DNA of 64,000 nucleotides from an uncultured Bdellovibrionales bacterium (GTDB lineage Bacteria; Patescibacteriota; Minisyncoccia; Moranbacterales; UBA1568): NCBI GenBank assembly GCA_964612055.1, contig CAZTBI010000001.1, positions 156,246 to 220,245 of the forward strand, read 5' to 3'. Shown piece by piece: positions 55,795 to 64,000 of this stretch (position 1 is its first letter; each line of letters starts with the position of its first letter). The notes under the pieces were generated by a model. It saw only the letters and a program-made list of their open reading frames with translations, ran no database searches and was not told where the DNA came from. The position numbers and the translations under genes were made by a program.

Positions 55795-56220
55795 ATGGGT
55801 GCTCATGAAGTGTATCTTTTCGAAAAGGAGGCGGTGAATCCGCTCGAAACAGATGGGGAGAGGGAAAAATTCAAGGAACAGATGCTACAACTTTCCTGGT
55901 TCCAGCATCGTTGCGAAGCTCTGTATGATGATGAACATACGAATGCCATCCTGGAACGAATTATTCAGGAATCGCCAGAACAAGAACAACGGATTAAGAA
56001 AGCGGGACGAGATGAGCGTATGGAAATAGTCGTAGAGGATATGATTAATTCTCCAATTGGGAACGCTGAGGCCGCCTGGTTCAGGCAGCATTTCCCAAAT
56101 GATAAAAGCGTACCTCTTTCCCCTCAGTACAAAATCCTACTTGATGCTTTTGATGCTGATCCAGCGTTTGTTTTTGCTGAACTGGATAAACTTTTTTCCG
56201 AAAGCGTTACGACGCACTAA
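55795..56220 (+). CDS. hypothetical protein
   Basis: 141 aa, acidic, no motif recognised. Confidence 0.4.
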   Translation: MGAHEVYLFEKEAVNPLETDGEREKFKEQMLQLSWFQHRCEALYDDEHTNAILERIIQESPEQEQRIKKAGRDERMEIVVEDMINSPIGNAEAAWFRQHFPNDKSVPLSPQYKILLDAFDADPAFVFAELDKLFSESVTTH

Positions 56221-56222
56221 TC

Positions 56223-57056
56223 TTACGGCTCAAGTGGCAGAAGAGATTCTTTCTGAAGATTCGTATTGCCATTTAGAGTCTTGGCGGTGAAGATATTGAG
56301 GTCTGATAGCCTGACTCCTCCCTGAAAGGAAGTGAGTTCTGATTCCCCGTACACGATAATATTCTTCGCTGGAGGAAGCTCTTCGGAGCGCTTCTCTAGT
56401 TGATCGAGGGGAATGTTTTTTGCTCCTTTGATATGCTTTCTCTGATAATTTTGTTCCGATTGAACATCTAAGACGAAGATATCCTGATTTTCAGCGGAGA
56501 GCATACTTGCGACCTCGCCCGGAGTGATGTAGGTTACTTTTGATTGATCCATGAATGAGTTCGGATCACCGAGGGCAATGGTTTGATTCCCTTCTTTTTT
56601 CCACTGTTCAAATCCTCCTTCAAGAAGAAAGAGTTGGGATGATTTCTGTTTCAAGGTATTTTTGATAACTTCCAAAGTCTGTGTTTCATTGGAAGAAAAA
56701 ACCACGACCGGAAGTTCTCCGTTGGCCGGAGTATACGTGCCAAGGAGGGAGGGGGTTAAAAGAAGAGAGTGTGGGATATGCTCGGTCTTGAAATTCTCCT
56801 CTCCACGGACGTCTAAGAAACGCACCTTATCACCATTCAATATCTTTTGTCGAACAACCTCAGCGCTGACTGTCGGAACAGTCATTTCTTCTTGATTGGC
56901 TTCTGAGTTAGAACTATCAGTTAGTGCCTCTTTTGGTTTTTCGCCGTAAAATTGGCGGAAAATCATGTAGCCACCAACCAGAAGTATCAGTATTCCGCCG
57001 ATGACTACAGCGCGTGAATCCTTTCTCTCTTCTTGGAACATCCTTCTTTTTTGCAT
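56223..57056 (-). CDS. tandem rhodanese-domain protein, membrane-anchored
   Basis: Two rhodanese-like segments (RFLDVRGEENFKTEHIPHS; FVLDVQSEQNYQRKHIKGAKNIP); start chosen at ATG 57056 to avoid overlap with fmt. Confidence 0.65.
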   Translation of the reverse strand: MQKRRMFQEERKDSRAVVIGGILILLVGGYMIFRQFYGEKPKEALTDSSNSEANQEEMTVPTVSAEVVRQKILNGDKVRFLDVRGEENFKTEHIPHSLLLTPSLLGTYTPANGELPVVVFSSNETQTLEVIKNTLKQKSSQLFLLEGGFEQWKKEGNQTIALGDPNSFMDQSKVTYITPGEVASMLSAENQDIFVLDVQSEQNYQRKHIKGAKNIPLDQLEKRSEELPPAKNIIVYGESELTSFQGGVRLSDLNIFTAKTLNGNTNLQKESLLPLEP

Positions 57057-57063
57057 AGATATA

Positions 57064-58113
57064 TTATTCAAGTAGACCACCAACAAAGTCGCTGTAGCCG
57101 CGGACAAACTCTTTGATATCTGTCGGTGTCTTCCCTTCTAGCTGGATGACTTCAAGAAAAACGATGCCTGTCGTAGTTTGCACTCCTACCTTTTCACCGA
57201 TTTCAAAAACCTTACCCAGTGGCTGCATCGCTTGAGTATTTTGCTTTTGGCAGGAGAGTGAAATGAGCTTCAAACGCAGGAGTTCATCACCCCTTTTCCA
57301 ATAACAGAATACCCCTGGCCAGGGAGTGAGTGCTCGGAAACGATTGTAGATACTCTCGGCATCATCTGTCCAAAAAATATGACCGTCCTCGCGTTCGATA
57401 AGCTGGCACAATGTTGCCTTGGTGCCATCCTGCTTTGTCGGGGTGATGGTCCGCTCGATAAAACGAGGGAGTGTTTCAAGAAGCAGTGCTTTTCCGGCAA
57501 CGAGAAGTTTTTCGGTCAAAATAATACTGGTATCATCCGGGTCAATCGGGACGGTGCGTTGTGAGATGATATCTCCCGTATCCATACCCTTGTCCATGAG
57601 CATAATGGTCACTCCGGTCTCAGTTTCTCCAGCGAGAAGGGTATTTTGGATAGGGGAGGCACCACGCCATTTCGGCAGAAGTGAAGTATGGAAATTCACG
57701 CAACCGAAACCAGGAAGCGTGAGGACTTCTTCAGGAAGAATTTTTCCATAGGCTGCTACCACGATGAGATCCGGTTTCAAATCGCGAAGTTCTTGTAGGG
57801 CTGAGGCATCGAACTTCTCTGGCTGGATGACAGGAATGCGATATTTGAGTGCTAATTCTTTGACAGGACTCTCCGAGAGTTCCTTTTTGCGCCCTACCGG
57901 CTTATCTGGTTTCGTCACGACGCCCACTATGTTATACCCTTTTTCGATCAGCGCCTGAAGCAGGGTAGCAGAAAGTTCGGGAGTGCCCATGAAGACGGTC
58001 CGTACTTTCGGTATTTCTGAAATTATAGGAAGAGCCTCTTTCTTTTCAGGAAGAGCTTTTTTTGCAGAGAGTTGGGGAAAGATCCCTTTAGGCCACAGTA
58101 TCATATGTTTCAT
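57064..58113 (-). CDS. fmt: methionyl-tRNA formyltransferase
   Basis: VFMGTPELS...LIVVAAYGKILP...NFHTSLLPKWRGASPIQ; first ATG gives about 36-aa N-terminal extension, true start may be internal. Confidence 0.85.
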   Translation of the reverse strand: MKHMILWPKGIFPQLSAKKALPEKKEALPIISEIPKVRTVFMGTPELSATLLQALIEKGYNIVGVVTKPDKPVGRKKELSESPVKELALKYRIPVIQPEKFDASALQELRDLKPDLIVVAAYGKILPEEVLTLPGFGCVNFHTSLLPKWRGASPIQNTLLAGETETGVTIMLMDKGMDTGDIISQRTVPIDPDDTSIILTEKLLVAGKALLLETLPRFIERTITPTKQDGTKATLCQLIEREDGHIFWTDDAESIYNRFRALTPWPGVFCYWKRGDELLRLKLISLSCQKQNTQAMQPLGKVFEIGEKVGVQTTTGIVFLEVIQLEGKTPTDIKEFVRGYSDFVGGLLE

Positions 58114-58627
58114 CGGTCAATGTTTGTTTTCGTTTTTGTTTGGTGAAGCGGTTGATGATGAGCACACCGTCTAGGTGATCAACTTCATGCTGGACGACGG
58201 TAGCCAAAAATCCAGTAGCGCGAAGTTTCTTGGGAAGTCCTTTTTCATTCAAATACTTGACGGTCACTTTTTCTGAACGAAGGATAGGAAAGAACTCGCC
58301 AGGAAGACTGAGGCAGCCTTCCTCGGAAATGATTTTTTCCTGGGAAAGAGAGGTGATTTCTGGGTTGATCCAGTAGTATTCCTTGCCATCGACTTCCGCC
58401 ACGGCGAGACGGAGCGAAAGCCCGATCTGAGGCGCTGCCAGTCCGACGCCACGTTCTTTGTGCATGGTCTTTATCATCCTTGGCAAAAGCTCCTGGATTT
58501 CAGGCGCCAAAGGATCTTTCACAAGTTGTGTCTTGGAAAGCAGCATTTTCGTTTTTTCTCCGGTAACGAGGGGCAGCATATCTTCTGAAGAGAATAGTCT
58601 AATTGATTGAGAGCGGATCGACGTCAA
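58088..58627 (-). CDS. def: peptide deformylase
   Basis: GVGLAAPQIG, EGCLSLPG, QHEVDHLDG motifs. Confidence 0.9.
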   Translation of the reverse strand: MTSIRSQSIRLFSSEDMLPLVTGEKTKMLLSKTQLVKDPLAPEIQELLPRMIKTMHKERGVGLAAPQIGLSLRLAVAEVDGKEYYWINPEITSLSQEKIISEEGCLSLPGEFFPILRSEKVTVKYLNEKGLPKKLRATGFLATVVQHEVDHLDGVLIINRFTKQKRKQTLTDETYDTVA

Positions 58628-60572
58628 CGATAATATCCTTGCTACTTTCTTTGAGAAGCTTCCGTACTGCTTCTGTGAGCGGTTCTTGATGTGGAAAGCG
58701 GAGGAGAAGCGTTGATTCGAAGAGAACTTGCTTCTTTAGGAAACGTGCAGGAGTGGGTTGATGAAGACGATAACTTTTTGGTATGAGCTCCTGTAATTTC
58801 GAGGAGAGAGCGGTAATTTTCTTTGTTACTTCCTTTTCGGTTTTTCCTTGGCAAGCGAGAGAGACAAGCCGTGAGAAAGGCGGATAGAAAAGCTCTTGTC
58901 GTTCTCTTAGGGTTTGTTTGAAAAAATCTTCACTCCCCAAGGTGGCGGCTTTCTGGAAAAAAGCACTCTCTGGGCGAAAGGTTTGTATGAGTATTTTTCC
59001 GAATTGGTACCCCTTTCCCACTTTCTCCGTCACTTGACGCACTGCCCGAGAAAGGCTTTGGTAGAGCCTTTCATCCGCCTGAAAATCAGGGAAAAGAAGT
59101 AAACTATCTGCGTCAATGATACCAATGAGCGCGAGTTTGGGCAAGGGAGGGTCTTTGAGAACCATCTGCGTCCCGATCAGGACATCGATTTCTCCCGACA
59201 TACCTTTTTCGTAGATACTTTCAATCGTCTTTGCTGTCTTGAGAGTGGTGCTATCGAGACGAGCGACTTTTGCCCTAGGAAAAGGTTTGGAAACTTCCCT
59301 CTCGACCTTTTCGGTACCGAAGCCGATGTGACGGAAAGTGATATTTCCGCAACTCGGACAGCTTGGGAAAATCGGCGTATTATATCCGCACGAAGGGCAG
59401 TGGAAATGTCCTTCCCGGGTACTGGAGAGTGGATGATCGCAGTTTTTACAGCGAAAAACATTCTTGCATTGCTCACAGACGGAGAAGGCATTCATACCTT
59501 GGCGGTTGATGTAGAGGAGCGCTTGCTTCCCCTGTGCCAAAATTTCTCGTAACAGAGAGACGAGAACCTCCGAAAGCGGTGAAAAATTCTTTCGGTAGCG
59601 TTCGAGTTTCAGATTCACGATAGTGAGGCCAGGGCCAAGAGGTTGGTGAGCAGGAATCGGTAGCAAGGGGACAAGTCGTTCTTCTTGGAGCGCCAAGATA
59701 CTTTCTGCGCTTGGCGTTCCTGATGTCAGGACCAGTTTGGCTGGAGAAATCTCTGAAAGGGTCATGGCTACACGTTTCCCGTGGTAGCGCGGACTCATAT
59801 CCCATTGCTTATAACTATCATCCTGTTCCTCAGTAACGATGATGGTCCCGAGATTATGAAATGGCGCAAAGAGTCCCTGGCGAGTAGAGATAATGATCTG
59901 TGCTTCTCCCAAGCGAATATGTTCCCAAGTAGCAAAGAATATTCCTCCGGAAAGCTTACTGTGAAGAGTGGCTACTGCTTCGTTTCCAAAGTGCTCCTCG
60001 AAACGCTTGGCAAGACTGGGAATGAGGGTGATTTCTGGAACAAGCACAAGAAGCTGCTTCTTTTCTTTCAGTACCTCTTTGGCTATGAGAAGCAGTGGTC
60101 GTTTTGGGTCGAGAGAAAGAGAAGTATCGAGGAAGGTTGGTTTCTTAGCTGCGAGAAATTTTTTGAGAAACAACTGTTCTTCCTTGGTATTTCGGGATAA
60201 ATCATGCTTTTTTTCTTTTTTCTCAGCAGTTTTTTTCCGAGCTTGAACAATTTTTGGCAAAAAATGTTTGAGTGTCTTCCCAAGAGGCGTGAAGTATTCG
60301 TCACTGACAGCTTGTGCCAAGGTACACTGTTCTTCGGTAAGGAATCCTTCCCGTATAACTCGTGTGACAGACTTCATCCACTGAGGCTTGGCACCAGGAA
60401 GGGCTCGGCACTCAAAAATCACCCCTTCTACGGTCTGTTTCCCAAAAGATATCGACACCAGAGATCCTTTTTTGATCGGTGTGGCACTGGTATAGCTAAA
60501 AAAGGGTGATCGACTGAGGGGGAGGATAACCAGGGGAGCCACTTCCAAGCGGTAAAGAGGTGCCGTGTTCAT
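58599..60572 (-). CDS. priA: primosomal protein N' (PriA helicase)
   Basis: Helicase motifs plus Cys-rich zinc cluster CEQCKNVFRCKNCDHPLS...HCPSCG...CPSCG. Confidence 0.85.
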   Translation of the reverse strand: MNTAPLYRLEVAPLVILPLSRSPFFSYTSATPIKKGSLVSISFGKQTVEGVIFECRALPGAKPQWMKSVTRVIREGFLTEEQCTLAQAVSDEYFTPLGKTLKHFLPKIVQARKKTAEKKEKKHDLSRNTKEEQLFLKKFLAAKKPTFLDTSLSLDPKRPLLLIAKEVLKEKKQLLVLVPEITLIPSLAKRFEEHFGNEAVATLHSKLSGGIFFATWEHIRLGEAQIIISTRQGLFAPFHNLGTIIVTEEQDDSYKQWDMSPRYHGKRVAMTLSEISPAKLVLTSGTPSAESILALQEERLVPLLPIPAHQPLGPGLTIVNLKLERYRKNFSPLSEVLVSLLREILAQGKQALLYINRQGMNAFSVCEQCKNVFRCKNCDHPLSSTREGHFHCPSCGYNTPIFPSCPSCGNITFRHIGFGTEKVEREVSKPFPRAKVARLDSTTLKTAKTIESIYEKGMSGEIDVLIGTQMVLKDPPLPKLALIGIIDADSLLLFPDFQADERLYQSLSRAVRQVTEKVGKGYQFGKILIQTFRPESAFFQKAATLGSEDFFKQTLRERQELFYPPFSRLVSLACQGKTEKEVTKKITALSSKLQELIPKSYRLHQPTPARFLKKQVLFESTLLLRFPHQEPLTEAVRKLLKESSKDIIVDVDPLSIN

Positions 60573-60630
60573 AGTACCTTTATTCTATCAGGTAATTGAT
60601 TTTTTGGCTCTTTTAAGCTACGCTTCCTCT

Positions 60631-61179
60631 ATGAACAAGACGCGAAGACTTTTTGTCGGTATTCCTCTCTCTAAGGAATTGAAAAAGCGCCTCAGGCAAG
60701 AAATGGAGACTTTCCCTGCAGCCGCTTCTCTTTTGACGCGCGAAGAAAACCTCAATGTCACCTTATTTTTCTTGGGATTTGTCCATGAAGAACAGGTAGC
60801 GAATGTCTGTGCTCGAGTTGGTGAGGTCTGCACAGAACTTGAGAGTTTTGAGCTTGAATTTACGAGCATGAAGCTTATGGAAAGTGACGAAAATCCAAAA
60901 ATGATCTGGCTTGAAGGTGAAGCAAGTGAGGGACTGAAAAAAGTGCGCGAAGAGATCGAGAAAGAATTCTCATCCTTTGTTGTAGAGAAAAAATTATATC
61001 GTCCTCATGTGACCCTCGCCAAATTGAAAAAGCAGAAATGGCTGGGACTTCCAGAAAAACCAGTCCTCAAAGAAAAACTCCATCTTATGGAGTCTGTCGA
61101 TACTATCTGTGTCTTTGAAAGCCTCTCAATTGATGGCAAACGCCGTTACGAACCAATTGATACATTTCCTTTGCTCTAA
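60631..61179 (+). CDS. thpR: RNA 2',3'-cyclic phosphodiesterase (2H family, ThpR/LigT)
   Basis: Two H-x-T/S-x motifs (LNVTLFFLG; PHVTLAKL); ATG 60631 preferred over upstream ORF extension. Confidence 0.75.
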   Translation: MNKTRRLFVGIPLSKELKKRLRQEMETFPAAASLLTREENLNVTLFFLGFVHEEQVANVCARVGEVCTELESFELEFTSMKLMESDENPKMIWLEGEASEGLKKVREEIEKEFSSFVVEKKLYRPHVTLAKLKKQKWLGLPEKPVLKEKLHLMESVDTICVFESLSIDGKRRYEPIDTFPLL

Positions 61180-61187
61180 TTCTCTCT

Positions 61188-61874
61188 ATGGAGCTTTTTG
61201 GTGTTTCTATTAGTAGAGCTTCGCGCGATGAAACACTTGATCGCATAAGGATATTTCTTTTTGAGCCGAAATTCCATCGTATCGCTACGGTCAACCCGGA
61301 ATTTTTGGTACTGGCGACAAAAAATGACGCTTTCAAAGCATCTCTCATGCAGGCCGATCTCTGTGTTGCCGATGGTTTTGGTGTGGTACTCGCTGGAATC
61401 TTACAGGGCGAAAAGATGACTCGCTTTCCTGGAGCCGACCTTGTGAAGGAGGTTCTTATGATGGCAGAAAGAGAAAACCACGGCGTTTCTTTGGCTCTGA
61501 AAAAAGAAGGTTTGAGTTCGTATGAAGAAATAAAAGAAACTCTCCTCAAAAAGCATCCACACTTGAGAATCACTCCTGAACTGGGACAAGCTGAAATCGT
61601 ACTGTGTAACTTCGGCGCTCCCGAACAAGAAATCTTTCTGGAAAACCTTCGAAATAATCCGGGTAACATTCGCCTGGCTATCGGGGTAGGGGGGAGCTTT
61701 GATTACCTCACTGGTAAACTCAGGCGAGCTCCAAAAATCATGCGTTTCATTGGTCTTGAATGGCTCTGGCGACTCACTCTTCAACCAAAAAGATGGCAGC
61801 GTATTTGGACCGCCGTCGTGGTATTTCCAGTAAAAGTGTTATTTTCTTGGCAAAATACGAAAAAAAGGCTATAA
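61188..61874 (+). CDS. WecB/TagA/CpsF family glycosyltransferase (GT26)
   Basis: IATVNPEFLVLATKNDAFKASLMQADLCVADGFGVVLA... typical GT26. Confidence 0.8.
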   Translation: MELFGVSISRASRDETLDRIRIFLFEPKFHRIATVNPEFLVLATKNDAFKASLMQADLCVADGFGVVLAGILQGEKMTRFPGADLVKEVLMMAERENHGVSLALKKEGLSSYEEIKETLLKKHPHLRITPELGQAEIVLCNFGAPEQEIFLENLRNNPGNIRLAIGVGGSFDYLTGKLRRAPKIMRFIGLEWLWRLTLQPKRWQRIWTAVVVFPVKVLFSWQNTKKRL

Positions 61875-61875
61875 T
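61847..61875 (+). promoter_or_regulatory. sigma70-like promoter (-35 TTGGCA, 17-nt spacer, -10 TATAAT) for gltX
   Basis: Read directly; lies in 3' end of GT26 gene, about 45 nt upstream of gltX ATG. Confidence 0.35.
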
Positions 61876-61919
61876 TAAGCCATAAATCTCTTTGTTAATT
61901 GCTATTTGTTGATTGTTTT

Positions 61920-63422
61920 ATGTCTCAAAACGTTCGCGTCAGATTTGCACCATCACCAACGGGCTACCTCCATGTTGGGGGACTTCGGACAGCGCTCTAT
62001 AATTACCTTTTTGCTCAGAAAAATAGCGGGACGTTCATCTTGCGCATCGAAGATACCGACCAGAAGCGATATGTTGAAGGGGCAGCGGAAAGCCTGGTCC
62101 GTTCACTTGATAATATGCGTGTCGGGGCTGACGAAGGCATCCTCCTTGAAAACGATGCTGTGGTGGAGAAGGGAGAATTCGGTTCGTATGTCCAATCAGC
62201 TCGTCTTCCTCTTTACAAAGAATACATCGAAAAGCTTTTGGAAAGCGGCCGGGCGTATCGCTGCTTCTGTACGTCGGAGCGTCTAGAAGAATTACGAAAC
62301 GAGCAGGCCAAGAATAAGCAGGCGCCGAAGTACGACAAGTATTGTCTCGGACTTTCCAAAGAAACAGTGAGGGAGAAGCTCGCTTCAGAGATGTCACATG
62401 TCGTACGATTGAACGTTGTACCTGAACGGGGCGTTGTTGTTTTCGAGGATCTGGTCCGTGGCAAGGTCAGCATCCATGTGAAGGATATCGATGACCAGGT
62501 ACTTATGAAATCGGATGGTTTTCCTACTTATCATCTTGCGAACGTGGTTGATGATCACTTGATGAACATCACACATGTTATTCGTGGGGAAGAATGGCTC
62601 CCAAGTACGCCAAAGCACGTGCTTCTCTATGAAGCGTTTGGTTGGGAAATTCCTCTCTTCGCTCATTTGCCGCTTCTACTCAACGCTGATAAGAGTAAGC
62701 TCTCGAAACGCCAAGGAGATGTAGCGGTTGAAGATTACTTGAAAAAAGGATATCTCAAAGAAGCTCTCATAAACTTTGTGGCGCTTCTCGGGTGGAACCC
62801 TGGGAAGGGGAGTACTCAGGAGATATTCTCTCTCGATGAATTGGTACAAGCTTTTGACTTTGCTCAGATTCACAAAGGGGGCGCTGTGTTTGATTTGAAG
62901 AAGCTCGATTGGATGAACGGAGAATATATCAAGAAACTTTCTATTGATGAACTCTACGAACGGGTTATTGCTTTTGGATTACTGGAGAATGATTTCTTCA
63001 AAGCGCTCCCAACTGAAAAAAGAAGTGAAGCTTTTCTCAAAAAGGTTCTTTCTGTCGAACACGATCGTCTCGCGAAACTCTCAGATGTCGGTGTTCATAA
63101 TCCGTTTTTCTTCGCTCCGGAACTTTCCTATGATGCCAAACTCCTTCATTGGAAAGAAAATGATGCTGCTACGACGAAAGCTTCTCTTGAGCAAGGTAAG
63201 GAACTTTTGAGTAAATTAGACGACGCTACTTGGGAAAATCTGAAAGTTATTGAAGAAAAACTTTTGGAAGCGGCAGGGGAGAAGCGAGGGGATTTCCTTT
63301 GGCCGCTCCGAGCCGCACTTACTGGCGCTGAGCGCTCTCCTTCGCCAGCGCAGGTAGCGTGGGTTCTTGGGAAAAATGAAAGTCTAAAAAGGCTTGAAAA
63401 AGCCATTTCTCTCTTGTCCTGA
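61920..63422 (+). CDS. gltX: glutamate--tRNA ligase
   Basis: VRVRFAPSPTGYLHVGGLRTALYNYLFA...ILRIEDTD (HIGH region), KLSKR (KMSKS) motif. Confidence 0.9.
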   Translation: MSQNVRVRFAPSPTGYLHVGGLRTALYNYLFAQKNSGTFILRIEDTDQKRYVEGAAESLVRSLDNMRVGADEGILLENDAVVEKGEFGSYVQSARLPLYKEYIEKLLESGRAYRCFCTSERLEELRNEQAKNKQAPKYDKYCLGLSKETVREKLASEMSHVVRLNVVPERGVVVFEDLVRGKVSIHVKDIDDQVLMKSDGFPTYHLANVVDDHLMNITHVIRGEEWLPSTPKHVLLYEAFGWEIPLFAHLPLLLNADKSKLSKRQGDVAVEDYLKKGYLKEALINFVALLGWNPGKGSTQEIFSLDELVQAFDFAQIHKGGAVFDLKKLDWMNGEYIKKLSIDELYERVIAFGLLENDFFKALPTEKRSEAFLKKVLSVEHDRLAKLSDVGVHNPFFFAPELSYDAKLLHWKENDAATTKASLEQGKELLSKLDDATWENLKVIEEKLLEAAGEKRGDFLWPLRAALTGAERSPSPAQVAWVLGKNESLKRLEKAISLLS

Positions 63423-63460
63423 AAAGGTCCGTTTTTCGTGGTACAATAAAAGGTGCTGCT

Positions 63461-64000
63461 ATGATACAAAAAAATAAAAAATTATCCCGATTCTTTATTG
63501 TAGGCGCTCTCTCTTTGAGTGTCCCGTTTTTCGTAGGATCACTTCTCCTGGCAGAAAGTGATAGCATCACCAATATAGAGAAGGCTGATGACTTGAGAGA
63601 TGATCTCGAGGCTATCGATGCCAAGATTAATGCTTACAACCAAATTATCGCCCTGAAACAACGTCAGGGAGCAACGCTTGCTGAGCAAATTGAAGGGCTC
63701 CAGGCTCAGGCTGATAAGTTACAGCTTCAGATCGACACTACCACCAAGCAGATTCATGACCTCGAAGAACAAATTCGTAGTCTCACGGTGCGTATCGGCG
63801 AGAAAGGAATCCTCATCGATCGACAAAAAAGGATCCTTTCGGAACTGATGCGCGTCTACTACAGTGATTACACGAGCGATAGCATGCCCATGTTCCTGAC
63901 TTCTTCAGAAAGTCTCCTGTATTTCAAGACGGAAGGATGGGCTACTGATGTGAGTGAAAAAGTGAAGGACCTCCTCGATTCAGTCAAAACACTTCGCGAC
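63461..64000 (+). CDS. secreted coiled-coil protein, 5' part (EnvC/M23-activator-like N-terminus); 3' end outside window
   Basis: ATG 63461 with AAAAGG upstream; signal anchor then heptad-rich Q/L/E coiled coil; open to window end. Confidence 0.5.
   Translation, partial: MIQKNKKLSRFFIVGALSLSVPFFVGSLLLAESDSITNIEKADDLRDDLEAIDAKINAYNQIIALKQRQGATLAEQIEGLQAQADKLQLQIDTTTKQIHDLEEQIRSLTVRIGEKGILIDRQKRILSELMRVYYSDYTSDSMPMFLTSSESLLYFKTEGWATDVSEKVKDLLDSVKTLRD

Noticed and set aside
1-64000. tRNA, rRNA, tmRNA, CRISPR arrays and IS/transposase genes
   Set aside because: Scanning by eye found no TΨC-loop/acceptor-stem combinations, no repeat-spacer periodicity and no transposase or integrase ORF. Covariance-model tools would be needed to rule out small RNAs definitively.

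Overview
This 64 kb window comes from a compact, fairly AT-rich bacterial genome with short intergenic regions. Most of it is one very large cell-envelope glycan locus. It begins with the 3' end of gmd (GDP-mannose 4,6-dehydratase). A CDP-3,6-dideoxyhexose module follows: ddhA/rfbF, ddhB/rfbG, a Nudix-like gene, ddhC/rfbH (E1), an SDR reductase and an RmlC/FdtA-type cupin. The locus also encodes at least 8 GT4 (glycosyltransferase family 1) and 5 GT2 glycosyltransferases, two GtrB/DPM1-like polyprenyl-phosphate sugar synthases, and at least 5 GT-C (ArnT/PMT-like) membrane transferases, one of which is a 1128-aa GT2-membrane fusion. Also present are a Wzx-like flippase, an O-antigen-ligase/Wzy-like protein, an LCP-family transferase, a GT26 WecG/TagA enzyme, ugd, a second nucleotide-sugar dehydrogenase, a SAM-dependent methyltransferase and a UPF0104 flippase-like protein. 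Housekeeping genes sit at the 3' end: rhodanese, fmt, def, priA, thpR, gltX, a CtpA-type S41 protease, and elsewhere rtcB with a Tmk-like kinase.

Between ugd and a GT4 gene (about 21.6-26.9 kb) lies a compositionally mosaic accessory segment. Its first part is an AT-rich gene for a 672-aa protein with an N-terminal GHKL ATPase (N, G1 and G2 boxes present) and a C-terminal PD-(D/E)xK-like nuclease motif. This is a candidate single-gene anti-phage or defence factor. Its second part is a markedly GC-rich islet encoding a Sec-secreted CHAP(amidase/peptidase)-CARDB protein followed by three tandem paralogous small secreted two-Cys proteins that share a duplicated leader motif. This looks like a peptidoglycan-hydrolase effector with an immunity-paralog array, or an AB5-like A+B assembly.

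A second GC-rich patch (about 34.8-35.9 kb) holds a 184-aa orphan gene with a perfect 9-2-9 palindromic operator and an unannotated 55-aa sORF that has its own promoter, Shine-Dalgarno sequence and terminator. A free-standing RNA polymerase alpha-CTD homolog with a near-consensus sigma70 promoter is also present. No tRNA, rRNA or CRISPR array was detected by eye.
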